Assembly (NCBI GenBank): GCA_050011035.1
Contig: JBEKJW010000008.1
Location: 1 to 58,980, forward strand
Reading direction: 5' to 3'
DNA from: Candidatus Acidiferrales bacterium
Lineage (GTDB): Bacteria > Acidobacteriota > Terriglobia > Acidiferrales > UBA7541
Length of the DNA: 58,980 nt
In this document: positions 15,659 through 26,264 of the stretch, in pieces
How the letters are laid out: each line of letters opens with the position of its first letter
Position numbering within the stretch: position 1 is the first letter of the stretch
Made by a program: the position numbers and the translations under genes
Notes under the pieces: model-generated
The model's database searches: none
The model's input: only the letters and a program-made list of their open reading frames with translations
Told to the model about the DNA's origin: nothing

Positions 15659-18121
15659 TTAGTGGAATTTCTGCATCGTGCGCGCCATTTCGTGCAAGCG
15701 CGCATCGATCTTCGCAAAGACCGAACCGGCGTCGAACTTTCCAGTCGTGCTGCGTTTGCCCGCGCGCTCTCCGGTGAGAATCTCGATTCCCTGCGAAATA
15801 TTCTCGACTGGATAGAGATGAAATCTTCCCTCCGCGACGGCCTTCACCACTTCCTCGCGTAGCATCAGGTCTTCCACGTTTTCGGATGGAATTAGAACGC
15901 CCTGTGAGCCGGTAAGTCCCTTAAGCTTGCACACATCGTAGAAGCCTTCGATTTTCTGATTCACGCCGCCGATGGGTTGCACGTCGCCCTGCTGGTTCAC
16001 CGAGCCTGTGACGGCAAGGTCCTGTCGGATCGGCATGTCGGAAAGCGCGGAGAGAAGCGCATAAATTTCGGTGGAGCTGGCGCTGTCGCCATCGACGCCG
16101 GAGTAGGACTGCTCAAAACAAACGCTCGCGGACAAGGCGAGCGGCTTATCCTGCGCGAATGTGCGGCGGATGAAGCCTCCGATGATTTCGACGCCCTTGT
16201 CGTGAAAGCGGCCGCTGAGATTTGCTTCGCGCTCGATGTTGATGATGCCTACTTTTCCCGGCGACGCCGATGCGGTGATGCGCACTGGCTTTCCGAAAGC
16301 GTAACCGCCGACTTCGAGGACACTCAGGCCGTTGACCTGGCCGACGCGGCCGCCGTCCGTATCTATAAAGAGCAGGTTCTGCTCGACCATCTCGCGGATT
16401 TTCGTTTCGATGAGATTATGGCGCTCGATTTTTGCGTCAAGCGCGTCGCGCACGTGCGGCCCGGTGACGACTTCGCAGCCGTGGTCCTTCGCAATGTAGG
16501 AGGATTCACGCGCAAGGTCGGCAAGATCGAAAAAGCGCGTGGTGATTTTCCCGCGACGCCCAGCGAGCCGCACGCCGTGCTCGAGAATCGCCGCAAAAGC
16601 GTTTCGGTCAAAAGGCAGAAGTTTTTCGTCGTCGCAGATCTTTCGCAGGCGGCCAGCGTAGTGATGGATCACTTCGTCGGACCACTTCATTTCCTCGTCG
16701 AATTCGACGCGGATCTTGAAAATCTTTTTGAAGTCTTCCTCGAAATCGTAGAGCAGCTCGTACATCTCGCGGTCGCCGATCAGGATGATTTTCACGTGAA
16801 CGTCGATCGGCTCCGGCTTCATCGCGGCCGAGGGAAACGGGAAAAACATATCAACCGGCTGGATTTCGAGCTTGCCGTGATTGAGCGTGCGTTTCAGGGT
16901 GCGCCACACGCCGGTTTCCGTGAGCGTATCGAGCGCGTACATCACCAGGAAACCGCCATCGGCGCGCAGCAACGAGCCACCGCGAAGGTCCATGAAATCG
17001 GAACTCCAACCGCCGCGCGAATCGTAACTGCGGTTCACAGTGCCGAAAAGATTCGCGTACGTCGGAATTGTTTCGAAAATCACCGGGCAAGTGTCCGTTT
17101 CGCCGTGCGCGAGGATCACGTTCACGCCATAGACGCGGAACGGATCGCGCTCCTGCCGCTCCGGCCTTAGGCCGCCTCCGCCTTCGGAGGGCGGCGATGC
17201 ATCGTCTTCGCCTTCGCGTTCTTTGAAGGGATCGAGATTGTCGAGAATGTGGTGGCGAACTTCCTCGAGATATTCGCTGATCTGCGTGCTCGGATATTTT
17301 TCCTTCAGCTCTTCGATCACGCCGTCGACAAGAACTGACGCGGCTTCCTGCTCGAGGTAGCTCATCTCGCTGGCCAGCTCGCGCGACAGCGAAAGAGTCT
17401 TGCGGTAGACGACAGTGAACTCCTGCCGGAACTGGTCGTACTTGCGTTCGAGGTCTTCCGCAGCGGCGCTTTCGAGTTTTCCTTCCTGGACCATTTTCGG
17501 AACTTCCTCGATGGGCACCATCTGCCCCTCGAGCACGGGGAAAATTTCGGGCAGCGCGACGGCGCCGACCTGCATGCGGCCCAGCGCAAACTGCTCGCGC
17601 GCGATGCGGCGCGTGAAGTCGTCCATCAATTCTTTCTCGCGCTGCGTGAAGCGTTCGACGATGCGCGTCTTCTGGCGCTGGAAGGGCTCACCTTCGAAAA
17701 CCTGCGGGATGCGGCGGCGCAGAAAGTCGACGCCGGAGTCCATTTCTTTTTTGAAGGCGTTCGCCTGGCCTCGCGGGAGCGTCAGGAGGCGCGGGCGGTC
17801 GGCGTTCTTGAAATTGTTCACGTAGCAGCGGTCCGGCGCGGATTTCGATTGCGGATGCATGGCTTCGACCATGCGCACGATCATGCCGCCGCGGCTCGTC
17901 CCGGAAAGTCCGCACACGAAAACGTTGTAGCCCGGCGCGGTAAGTTCGACGCCCATTTTCAACGCGCGGGCGGCGCGTTCCTGGCCGGGATCACCCGTCG
18001 AAGGTGCAACGTCCGCCGTTGTTTCAAACGGAATGCGCGCGGGATCGCACTGCCAACGCAACTTTTCCGGGGGCAGGCTTGCGTGCTTGGGCTTGGAATT
18101 TTTGCTCAAATCTTTCTTCAA
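15659..18121 (-). CDS. Lon-like protease (AAA-like domain + S16 Lon proteolytic domain; YcbZ/LonC-like)
   Basis: The C-terminal Lon protease domain has GVDGDSASS (Ser) and GGVNQKIEG (Lys). The N-terminal region GQERAARALKMGVELTAPGYNVFVCGLSGTSRG corresponds to the Lon-like AAA region. The maximal ORF extends to 18232 but overlaps the upstream AI-2E gene. I therefore placed the start at the in-frame TTG at 18121; this start is uncertain. Confidence 0.85.
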   Translation of the reverse strand: MKKDLSKNSKPKHASLPPEKLRWQCDPARIPFETTADVAPSTGDPGQERAARALKMGVELTAPGYNVFVCGLSGTSRGGMIVRMVEAMHPQSKSAPDRCYVNNFKNADRPRLLTLPRGQANAFKKEMDSGVDFLRRRIPQVFEGEPFQRQKTRIVERFTQREKELMDDFTRRIAREQFALGRMQVGAVALPEIFPVLEGQMVPIEEVPKMVQEGKLESAAAEDLERKYDQFRQEFTVVYRKTLSLSRELASEMSYLEQEAASVLVDGVIEELKEKYPSTQISEYLEEVRHHILDNLDPFKEREGEDDASPPSEGGGGLRPERQERDPFRVYGVNVILAHGETDTCPVIFETIPTYANLFGTVNRSYDSRGGWSSDFMDLRGGSLLRADGGFLVMYALDTLTETGVWRTLKRTLNHGKLEIQPVDMFFPFPSAAMKPEPIDVHVKIILIGDREMYELLYDFEEDFKKIFKIRVEFDEEMKWSDEVIHHYAGRLRKICDDEKLLPFDRNAFAAILEHGVRLAGRRGKITTRFFDLADLARESSYIAKDHGCEVVTGPHVRDALDAKIERHNLIETKIREMVEQNLLFIDTDGGRVGQVNGLSVLEVGGYAFGKPVRITASASPGKVGIINIEREANLSGRFHDKGVEIIGGFIRRTFAQDKPLALSASVCFEQSYSGVDGDSASSTEIYALLSALSDMPIRQDLAVTGSVNQQGDVQPIGGVNQKIEGFYDVCKLKGLTGSQGVLIPSENVEDLMLREEVVKAVAEGRFHLYPVENISQGIEILTGERAGKRSTTGKFDAGSVFAKIDARLHEMARTMQKFH

Positions 18122-18167
18122 TGGACGCGTTTCCGTTCGTTTGGCGCGCGTTACTGTAGCACGGAGG

Positions 18168-19277
18168 TCAGGGCGCGGGCGTGGTTCCGCGCTTAGGCAG
18201 CACGGTGGCGCCCGGCCGCACACCGGCGGCATAGAGATCGAGAATGCTCGCCCCGGTGGCGACGATGATTGGGCCGAGCACGAGTCCTAACATGCCGAAC
18301 ACCGCGAGTCCGCCAAGCACGGAAATAAAGACGATTAGCCCGCCCATTTCGGCACGGCCGCTGATGACCCAGGGGCGAATCACGTTGTCGACCACCCCCA
18401 CGACCACGCCGCAAATTATCGCGAGAATGATGCCCGCGACCGGATGGCCTTGCACCATGAGGCTGATTACAGCCGGCACCCAGATGAGCGCCGAGCCTAC
18501 GACGGGAACGAGCGAGAAGAAGCCCATCATCACGCCCCAAAAAACCGGCGCGGTAATTCCCGTGAGGGCAAACGCGATACCGCCCAATATGCCGTGCGCT
18601 GCGGCGGCAACGGCGCTTGAGACCACGCTTGCGAAAATCAGGTCGTGCGCTTCGCCGATCATCCGGTCGCGATGCTCGTGTTCGAACGGAAGTACGACGC
18701 GCAGGCGTTCGACTATCGAGTCACCATCGCGGAACAAATAGAACATTGCGAGGATCATTACCGAGAGATGAAACAAAAACGCCGCGGTGTTCCGCAGGAT
18801 CGCGCCGACGCGCGCGGCGCCATACGCGGCAGCAGCGTCAAAATATTTGCTGACCAGCGTCGAAAGATCGGTTTTGTTTTCTTCCGGCAGGCGGTCCTGG
18901 AGCTTCAGCCAGAGGTTGTTCACCCAGTCGAAGTGGCCGCTCTGCACCTGCGATTGGACGTGCGTGATGGCTTGCACGCCCTGCTTCACGAACGCCGTCA
19001 TCACCAGCACTGTCGGCACAATCAAGATTAGCGTGACGATCGCGGTCATCAGCAGCGCGGCCATCGTCGGATTCGTTTTCTTTGTTAGGCGGTCGTAATA
19101 GGGGTGCATAATCACGACGATCACCACGGCCCACGCTAGCGGCGCAAGGAACGGCTGGAACACGAGGAACGTCAGGTAGGCGATGACGATCACGATGCCG
19201 TAAAACAGCACCGTGCCGAGCCTTTGCTGGGTTGTCTTGTCGTTAGGCAATACGCTCACGTCCCCGCGAAACCCCAC
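18168..19277 (-). CDS. AI-2E family transporter (PerM/UPF0118)
   Basis: 369-aa polytopic membrane protein with the typical N-terminal FLVFQPFLAPLAWAVVIVV and C-terminal LGGLAVFGMLGLVLGPII pattern. Confidence 0.88.
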   Translation of the reverse strand: MGFRGDVSVLPNDKTTQQRLGTVLFYGIVIVIAYLTFLVFQPFLAPLAWAVVIVVIMHPYYDRLTKKTNPTMAALLMTAIVTLILIVPTVLVMTAFVKQGVQAITHVQSQVQSGHFDWVNNLWLKLQDRLPEENKTDLSTLVSKYFDAAAAYGAARVGAILRNTAAFLFHLSVMILAMFYLFRDGDSIVERLRVVLPFEHEHRDRMIGEAHDLIFASVVSSAVAAAAHGILGGIAFALTGITAPVFWGVMMGFFSLVPVVGSALIWVPAVISLMVQGHPVAGIILAIICGVVVGVVDNVIRPWVISGRAEMGGLIVFISVLGGLAVFGMLGLVLGPIIVATGASILDLYAAGVRPGATVLPKRGTTPAP

Positions 19278-19415
19278 ATCGACAGATAGAGGCTTACTCC
19301 CCGTTTGTCAACCATATACGGTCGCATGCCGCAGCACAAACGCACTCGGTGGCGAATGATATACTCGGCGCTCGATTCGACGAGGTGAACTTTGCCAGTC
19401 GCGCGAGTCTCGAAA

Positions 19416-19583
19416 ATGTCCGATCCCAACCAGCCCAAGCCGCCCTGCCAACACAAGCGTACGCAAGTGATTGCCAAGGACAATGACGCGCAATACGTGG
19501 AGTGCCTCGATTGCGGCGAGATTCTCGAAGTAGACGAGTTGCCTGCAGGCGAAGGCTCGGGCGAGTCGCTCGCCGACGCCTAG
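19416..19583 (+). CDS. Small hypothetical protein, possible zinc-binding (CxH...CxxC)
   Basis: MSDPNQPKPPCQHKRTQVIAKDNDAQYVECLDCGEILEV. It lies in an otherwise non-coding gap. Coding status is unproven. Confidence 0.35.
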   Translation: MSDPNQPKPPCQHKRTQVIAKDNDAQYVECLDCGEILEVDELPAGEGSGESLADA

Positions 19584-19693
19584 CGTACGCTTCGCACCGC
19601 TCCACTGTTACTTCGTAGAAACACTCTTGTGCCGCCGCGCGCGTAAGGGAGTAGAATGCGGCCAAATCTGTGGATTTGAAATCGGAGGACCCA

Positions 19694-20167
19694 ATGCGTC
19701 TATCCGTACGTCTTCTCACACTAATTTTTCTCGCCGCCGCTTCTGTTTTTGCGCAACAGAATCCGCCAGCCGCACACTCTGACGGCAAGACTGAGCCGCC
19801 GCCCCCAGCGGCAGAGCTCACCATCCCGCCCGAAGCCGCGCAGAAACCGAATCCCGTGAAGCCGACGCCCGCTGTGCTCGCCACAGCGAAAAAGACCTGG
19901 GGCATCGACTGCGCGATGTGCCATGGCGCCGACGGCAGTGGAACCGGCGACCTCGCCGGCGACATGAAATTGAAGTTGCTCGACTACCGCGATCCCGACG
20001 CGCTGAAGAATATGACTGACGGTGAACTTTACTGGATCATCGAAAAAGGCAAGGGACAGATGACCGGTGAAGCCGATCGCGTGAAGCAGCCCGAAATTTG
20101 GGGGCTGGTGCTTTACGTGCGGTCGATGTCCAAGAAATCAGGTTCAACGCCGAAAGCAGGGTCGTGA
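19694..20167 (+). CDS. Class I c-type cytochrome (secreted)
   Basis: GGAGG sits 6 nt before the ATG at 19694. Signal peptide MRLSVRLLTLIFLAAASVFAQ, haem-binding CAMCHG and a distal Met region GKGQMTG. Confidence 0.85.
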   Translation: MRLSVRLLTLIFLAAASVFAQQNPPAAHSDGKTEPPPPAAELTIPPEAAQKPNPVKPTPAVLATAKKTWGIDCAMCHGADGSGTGDLAGDMKLKLLDYRDPDALKNMTDGELYWIIEKGKGQMTGEADRVKQPEIWGLVLYVRSMSKKSGSTPKAGS

Positions 20168-20179
20168 AGTGCGCTGCGT

Positions 20180-20563
20180 TTACTTAATTCCGATCTTGGA
20201 GATGATGCGCGTCACGTCCGCGCTGGAAACGTCGTAGAGCTGATGCTCGTCTTCCTGTTCCAGACGCTCGCGTAGATATTCCGCGCCGATGTAGCTCGCT
20301 TCGCGATCGGTAAGGCCGCGCCCGGCGCGCGCATGAAAATCGATGAACGCTGGATGCGCGAGGCCGAGGATCACGCCTTTTCCGTCCACGAAAAATTTGC
20401 AATCCATCGTGTCGCTGTGGCGCGTAGCGATTCCGTTCCAGCAGTGCGAGAAGCGGCAGTGATAGACGAAGTCCGTGACCTTCGACGGAACGTCAAACGC
20501 GCCGATGAATTCGCTCATCGCTCCTGCATTCGGAATCGTGGGAAAAACCACTTTGGAAGCCAT
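20180..20563 (-). CDS. Hypothetical protein
   Basis: An ORF with an RBS (GAGGAGA) before MASKVVFPTIPNAG. Amino-acid composition is balanced. No family recognised. Confidence 0.6.
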   Translation of the reverse strand: MASKVVFPTIPNAGAMSEFIGAFDVPSKVTDFVYHCRFSHCWNGIATRHSDTMDCKFFVDGKGVILGLAHPAFIDFHARAGRGLTDREASYIGAEYLRERLEQEDEHQLYDVSSADVTRIISKIGIK

Positions 20564-20618
20564 GAATCTCCTCGTAATACTGGTGAGGTGCACTCGTTAG
20601 CGAACCCGAGCGTCGCGT

Positions 20619-21833
20619 TTATTTGTGCGCGCCCGCGGTGACGGGCTGGCTCGCGCTCTGGTAACTCTGAATCGCCGCCGCAACGCCGGCGCCCGCTGGA
20701 ACGCGATGGCCCTGATCGCCGAGCACCTTTTCCAGCGCAGCAAGAAACAGTAGCACGTTCTTGTTCTGACTCGAATAGCCCATCAAACCGACGCGCCAGA
20801 CCTTTCCCTTGCCCGGCCCGAAGCCGCCCGCGATCTCAATTCCATATTCGTCGAGCAGCTGCTGGCGAACTTTACGGTCGTCGACTCCGGCCGGAATCGT
20901 GACGCTGGTGACGGTAACGAGCCGTTCAGCAGAATTCACGACCCACAACTCCATGCCCATTGCTTCGAGTCCCGCGATCAGAGCTTGCTGATTCTGCGCG
21001 TGCCGCGCCCAGCGCGCTTCGAGGCCTTCTTCCTGTACGAGGCGCAACGCCTCGCGTAATCCGAAGATCAACGAAATCGGCGGCGTGTGGTGGTAGGTGC
21101 GTTCCCCGCCCCACATGGACATGATCGGCGTGAAATCGAAATACCAGCTCGAGACCGGCGTCTTTCGCGCGCGCACCATTTCCTCCACGCGCGAATTGAT
21201 CGTGATGGGCGCCATCCCTGGCGGCGCGCTCAAAGCCTTCTGCGATCCGCTGAAGCAGATGTCGATGCGGTCTTTGTCGACGTGAAGCGGAACGCCAGCG
21301 AGCGTTGCGACGGCGTCCACGATCATCAACGCGCCGAGTTCGTCTGCCACTTGTCGATAATTCGAGAGTTTCTGCACTACGCCGCTGGACGTCTCGCCGT
21401 GCGCGAGTCCAACGAATTTGATTTTGCGGCCCTTCCCTGCTCGGCGCACATCGTCGGGATCGACAGTGCGTCCGTATGGCGCTTCCACGCGAATTACTTT
21501 CGCCGACGTGCGCTCGGCGATCACCGCCATTCGCTCTGAGAACCAGCCGTTCACGCACACGATGCACTCATCGCCAGGCTCAAGCGTATTCACCACTGAC
21601 GCCTCGATGCCACCCGAACCCGACGCCGAAATCGGATAGGTGATCTTGTTCTGCGTCTGGAAGACATCGCGCAACAGGACGGGCACGTCGCCCATCATCT
21701 CGGTGAACCACGGATCCATGTGGCCTACGAGGGGCGTGGCCATGGCGCGGTAGACGCGCGGGTCCACGTTCGAGGGGCCCGGCGTCATCATAATTCTTGT
21801 CGGGGGAAGGAGTTCACCAACCGTGTGGCTCAT
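20619..21833 (-). CDS. Class V PLP-dependent aminotransferase (alanine/serine--glyoxylate or serine--pyruvate aminotransferase-like)
   Basis: FSGSQKALSAPPG contains the PLP-lysine motif. 404 aa, with overall AGXT-like organisation. Confidence 0.88.
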   Translation of the reverse strand: MSHTVGELLPPTRIMMTPGPSNVDPRVYRAMATPLVGHMDPWFTEMMGDVPVLLRDVFQTQNKITYPISASGSGGIEASVVNTLEPGDECIVCVNGWFSERMAVIAERTSAKVIRVEAPYGRTVDPDDVRRAGKGRKIKFVGLAHGETSSGVVQKLSNYRQVADELGALMIVDAVATLAGVPLHVDKDRIDICFSGSQKALSAPPGMAPITINSRVEEMVRARKTPVSSWYFDFTPIMSMWGGERTYHHTPPISLIFGLREALRLVQEEGLEARWARHAQNQQALIAGLEAMGMELWVVNSAERLVTVTSVTIPAGVDDRKVRQQLLDEYGIEIAGGFGPGKGKVWRVGLMGYSSQNKNVLLFLAALEKVLGDQGHRVPAGAGVAAAIQSYQSASQPVTAGAHK

Positions 21834-22093
21834 TGCTCACTCCTTGCTGGCAGGCGAGGACCGCCAAACGGGCGGTCAAGAACCTCCAGTCTGCGCAAGC
21901 CGACCCACAGAATCAACCACCAAAATGGCTCGAATTTTTGAGCGCTCGAAGACGGTTAGTACCCATGGGACTAGGCTCGCTTGGGGGCGGTTAACTAATT
22001 GGAATCACAGGGGGTAGCAGTTAGACAACTGTTCGGAGGCAAATTTGTCTGGCCCAAACCCGTGTGCTAGATTTTTGAATTAGCCCTAATTTT

Positions 22094-23371
22094 ATGTCGG
22101 AACTGAAAGCCACCACGCCGCAGAAGCCAAAGATCACCCGGGTCGAGGTGTATTGGCACACAGTCACCTACAAGACCGTGGCGGTTTACGGAATTCTGAT
22201 CGTGGCTATCATCGGCGCGGCGTCCTATCTGGTATTCCCTGATACATCCGCGAGTCTGGTGAAACGCGTGACGGACTCGATGAATTCGCACGACGCTGCT
22301 GTCGCGACGATTAATGCGAAGCAAGCGCGATTCGTGAACCTCGACGGAAAAGTCCAGATCAAGAAAGTGAATTCCGTCACGTGGGAAAACGCGGACTACA
22401 CGCTCACGCTCGATAAGGGCGATCTGATTCAGACGGGCAGCGAAGGCGTGGCGCGTATCGCGTTCGCCGACGGAACAACGTACACCGTAAAGGGCGACAC
22501 TCTCGTCACCGTGGAAGAAAACAACGTCGAACAGAATCAAGCTTCCACCGTCGCCGTGCACATCAACTCCGGCGAAGTCGATCTCGCCACCGGAGCGTGG
22601 GAAGATCCGAACTCCAAAGCGGAAGTTTCTTTTGAAAACGCGGTGGCCTCGCTGCGCTCCAACAGCCGCGCGGCCGTGACCAGCGATCCGAATACGAAAC
22701 ATCAGGAATTGACGATGTCCTCCGGTAGCGCCGAACTGCAGCGCGGCAATGAACACCTCGACATCGGACAGTTCGAGCGCGTGACCTTCCCGACCGGTGG
22801 CCCGATCACCAAGTCGCAGGTGCTTGCGCCTCCCGAACTCACAGTGCCTTTGAACCTGCAGCCGATCACAGTGGCCGATCCGAAAAAAGATCCTGTGCAC
22901 TTCGAATGGAAGCCGGTCCCGACGGCGAAGCTTTACGAATTTCAGACCAGCAGCACGGCAATGTTCAATCACGTGATCACCAGCCGCAAGGTTTCCACCG
23001 AGAGCGTCGACGTGACGGGCCTGGAGCCCGGCGATTATTTCTGGCGCGTGCGCGCCATCGACGCGGACAACAAGACGAGCGACTTCAGCGATTCGTTCAA
23101 ACTCACCCTGGTGGTGCAGGGCAAGGAGCAGGAAATGCTGCTCGAAGTCGACAGCACCGAATTGAACGGCAACGTGGTCGAAGTGATCGGAAAGACGGAA
23201 CCCGGCGCGGCGTTGATCATCAACGGTGAGCAAGTCGCGAGCATTCAGTCCGACGGTAGCTTCCGCCACTTCTTGCCGGCGATGACCAAGGGCAGCCACG
23301 ACATCGTAATTACGGGACAAAATCGCCGTGGTGGGACGGCGACCAAGCGCGTGCAGGTGGTAATTCCGTAG
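22094..23371 (+). CDS. Membrane-anchored protein with FecR-like domain followed by Ig/FN3-like domains
   Basis: TM helix VAVYGILIVAIIGAASYLVF. The FecR-like stretch is VNLDGKVQIKKVNSVTWENADYTLTLDKGDLIQTGSEGVARIAFADGTTYTVKGDTLVTV. Confidence 0.72.
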   Translation: MSELKATTPQKPKITRVEVYWHTVTYKTVAVYGILIVAIIGAASYLVFPDTSASLVKRVTDSMNSHDAAVATINAKQARFVNLDGKVQIKKVNSVTWENADYTLTLDKGDLIQTGSEGVARIAFADGTTYTVKGDTLVTVEENNVEQNQASTVAVHINSGEVDLATGAWEDPNSKAEVSFENAVASLRSNSRAAVTSDPNTKHQELTMSSGSAELQRGNEHLDIGQFERVTFPTGGPITKSQVLAPPELTVPLNLQPITVADPKKDPVHFEWKPVPTAKLYEFQTSSTAMFNHVITSRKVSTESVDVTGLEPGDYFWRVRAIDADNKTSDFSDSFKLTLVVQGKEQEMLLEVDSTELNGNVVEVIGKTEPGAALIINGEQVASIQSDGSFRHFLPAMTKGSHDIVITGQNRRGGTATKRVQVVIP

Positions 23372-23448
23372 CGGTTTTGCGATTCTTGAAACGCACACAC
23401 GAAATTCCGGACTCGCCGCGGCGGCGACCGAGGGGAACTTGGGGGTAG

Positions 23449-24495
<1,047 letters not shown>

Positions 24496-24519
24496 TTAAG
24501 GCCGCGCGCCTATCTCGGC

Positions 24520-25608
24520 GTGGTCAACGAACAACCTTGTCGAAGGTTTCGCAGTGGAACGATGATCGACTCGATCTCACGTCTGCGCCCTATGATGCTC
24601 CTCGCCATCGTTGTGTTGGCGCAGGTGCTGCTGCTCGCTTTTCAAATCAAGACCGATCATAGCGTTCCGCTGATTCGCTACTGGGCCGCAGCCGTCGTCA
24701 CGCCGCTCGAGCGCGGCGGTACCTGGGCGTTCTCCGGATTCGGCAACATCTGGAAGGGCTACGTGGGTCTGCGCAACGCGCGCGCGGAAAACGAAAGTAT
24801 GCGCGCCGAAATGCAGCGGCTGCAGCTTCGCAACCAGGAACTGGAAAGCCAGAATGCCGAAGCGCAGCGGCTCGCGAGCCTGCTGAGTTTCCGCGACGCG
24901 CACACCGAAACGCAGATGCTCGCGGCCGAAGTGATCGGCTCGAGCTCCGATCCGTATTCACACACGCTGTTCATCAATCGCGGTGAGAAAGACCGCGTGC
25001 GGATGAATCAGCCCGTGATCACTCCCGAAGGCGTGATTGGCAAAGTCGTCGAAGTTTTTCCGAATTCAGCGCAAGTGCAACTGATCAACGATCCAAACAG
25101 CGGCGTCGGCGCGCTTTTTTCCACCACGCGGACGCATGGCGTGGTGCGCGGCAGCGGCGACCCGAGCCCGCACATGGAATACGTGGCTAACGAAGAAAAG
25201 ATCACAGAGGGCGAGCTGGTCGTCACCTCGGGCGAGGATCGTATTTTCCCGAAGGATTTGCTGATCGGACGAGTGGAATCGTCAAAGACCGGCTCGACGT
25301 TTCAAACCATCACGGTGAAGCCCGCGGCACGGCTCGATCGCCTCGAAGACGTAATCGTCCTGCTCTCGCAGCACGATCTCGAAGGGAAGAAGAGCGACGA
25401 TATTTCCGGCGCGGAAGAAAAAGAAAAACAGGCTCAAGCCGACGCTGCGGCCGCAGCCGCATCTGCGGCTCAGACGAGTGTGCCTGAAGCTTCGCAGGGC
25501 ACGAAGCCGGGGTCGAGCACTCCGTCGGGCGCTCCGTTCAACGCTACCGCGGCGCAGCAAGCGCCAAAAAATCCGGCCGCGAAACCCGCGACGGCTCCGA
25601 ACCGCTAA
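24520..25608 (+). CDS. mreC: Rod shape-determining protein MreC (with Ala/Pro-rich C-terminal tail)
   Basis: TM helix, coiled coil (ENESMRAEMQRLQLRNQELESQNAEAQRL) and beta-domain VITPEGVIGKVVEVFPNSAQVQLINDPNS. Positioned after mreB. Confidence 0.9.
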   Translation: MVNEQPCRRFRSGTMIDSISRLRPMMLLAIVVLAQVLLLAFQIKTDHSVPLIRYWAAAVVTPLERGGTWAFSGFGNIWKGYVGLRNARAENESMRAEMQRLQLRNQELESQNAEAQRLASLLSFRDAHTETQMLAAEVIGSSSDPYSHTLFINRGEKDRVRMNQPVITPEGVIGKVVEVFPNSAQVQLINDPNSGVGALFSTTRTHGVVRGSGDPSPHMEYVANEEKITEGELVVTSGEDRIFPKDLLIGRVESSKTGSTFQTITVKPAARLDRLEDVIVLLSQHDLEGKKSDDISGAEEKEKQAQADAAAAAASAAQTSVPEASQGTKPGSSTPSGAPFNATAAQQAPKNPAAKPATAPNR

Positions 25609-25609
25609 T

Positions 25610-26143
25610 ATGGCATCGATGCTCACAATCGGCGAGCGCGGCGAACCAAACGTCGAAGTCCACAAGTTTTACAGCGGCACGATTCTCGGCGTGTCGCTGC
25701 TGGCGCTTGTCTTTCAGGCGCTGCTGCACAAGTACGGCCGCTGGGCGGAATGGATCGACCTTCCGCTGCTTGTCACGATTTATTTCGGCGTGAGCCGGCG
25801 CAATCCGGTGACGGGCCTATTCCTCGGCGGCACGATCGGAATTTTTCAGGACGCGCTCAGCCACGACAATCCCATCGGCATGTACGGCATCGCGGGGACG
25901 GTCGTGGGTTACCTCGCCTCTTCGATCGGCGGGCGCATCGACACCGAACATCCGCTCGCGCGCTTCGGGCTGATCTTCATCTTCTTCCATTTTCACCAGG
26001 CGATTCTGGTGGTGACGCATCGCGTGCTGCTCAATCAGCCCGAACACTTCTTCAGTTTGAGCTTGCTGCTCGACTCAGTCGTCACGTCAGCGTTCGGAGT
26101 GTTCTTGTTTGCGATGCTGGATCGCCTGCGCCGCCCGAACTGA
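25610..26143 (+). CDS. mreD: Rod shape-determining protein MreD
   Basis: ATG lies 2 nt after the mreC stop. A 177-aa polytopic membrane protein in the canonical position. The longer track ORF from 25478 overlaps mreC in another frame. Confidence 0.82.
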   Translation: MASMLTIGERGEPNVEVHKFYSGTILGVSLLALVFQALLHKYGRWAEWIDLPLLVTIYFGVSRRNPVTGLFLGGTIGIFQDALSHDNPIGMYGIAGTVVGYLASSIGGRIDTEHPLARFGLIFIFFHFHQAILVVTHRVLLNQPEHFFSLSLLLDSVVTSAFGVFLFAMLDRLRRPN

Positions 26144-26264
26144 CGCTGCTTCCCTTCTCACTTCCACTACGCTGGAAAAAACAGAACGGACGGTCTGTCT
26201 CGGATTGCTGCGAGCAGCACGTCGGCTGTGAATCTATTTGTTTAGACTGTGCTGCTGCTTGTGT

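Noticed and set aside
15977-17170. 397-aa + strand ORF inside the Lon-like gene
   Set aside because: A shadow ORF with junk composition. The minus frame carries Lon protease motifs.
18122-18232. N-terminal 37 codons of the maximal Lon-like ORF
   Set aside because: They overlap the 3' end of the upstream AI-2E gene by 65 nt and encode a Pro/Arg/Cys-rich peptide. A downstream TTG start is more plausible, although unproven.
21859-21877. Perfect 7-bp hairpin GACCGCC-N5-GGCGGTC in the 5' leader of the aminotransferase gene; considered a glycine or other riboswitch
   Set aside because: It is too small, and the surrounding 260 nt lacks the conserved cores I know for glycine, THF or SAM riboswitches. 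It is probably just leader structure.
22067-23398. 443-aa minus-strand ORF opposite the FecR-like gene
   Set aside because: Arg/His/Gly-rich with no motifs. The + frame has a TM helix and balanced composition.
26213-26256. 8-bp stem (AGCAGCAC / GTGCTGCT) with a 28-nt loop between convergent mreD and the giant gene; considered a bidirectional terminator
   Set aside because: The stem is short, the loop is large, and there are no flanking T/A tracts.
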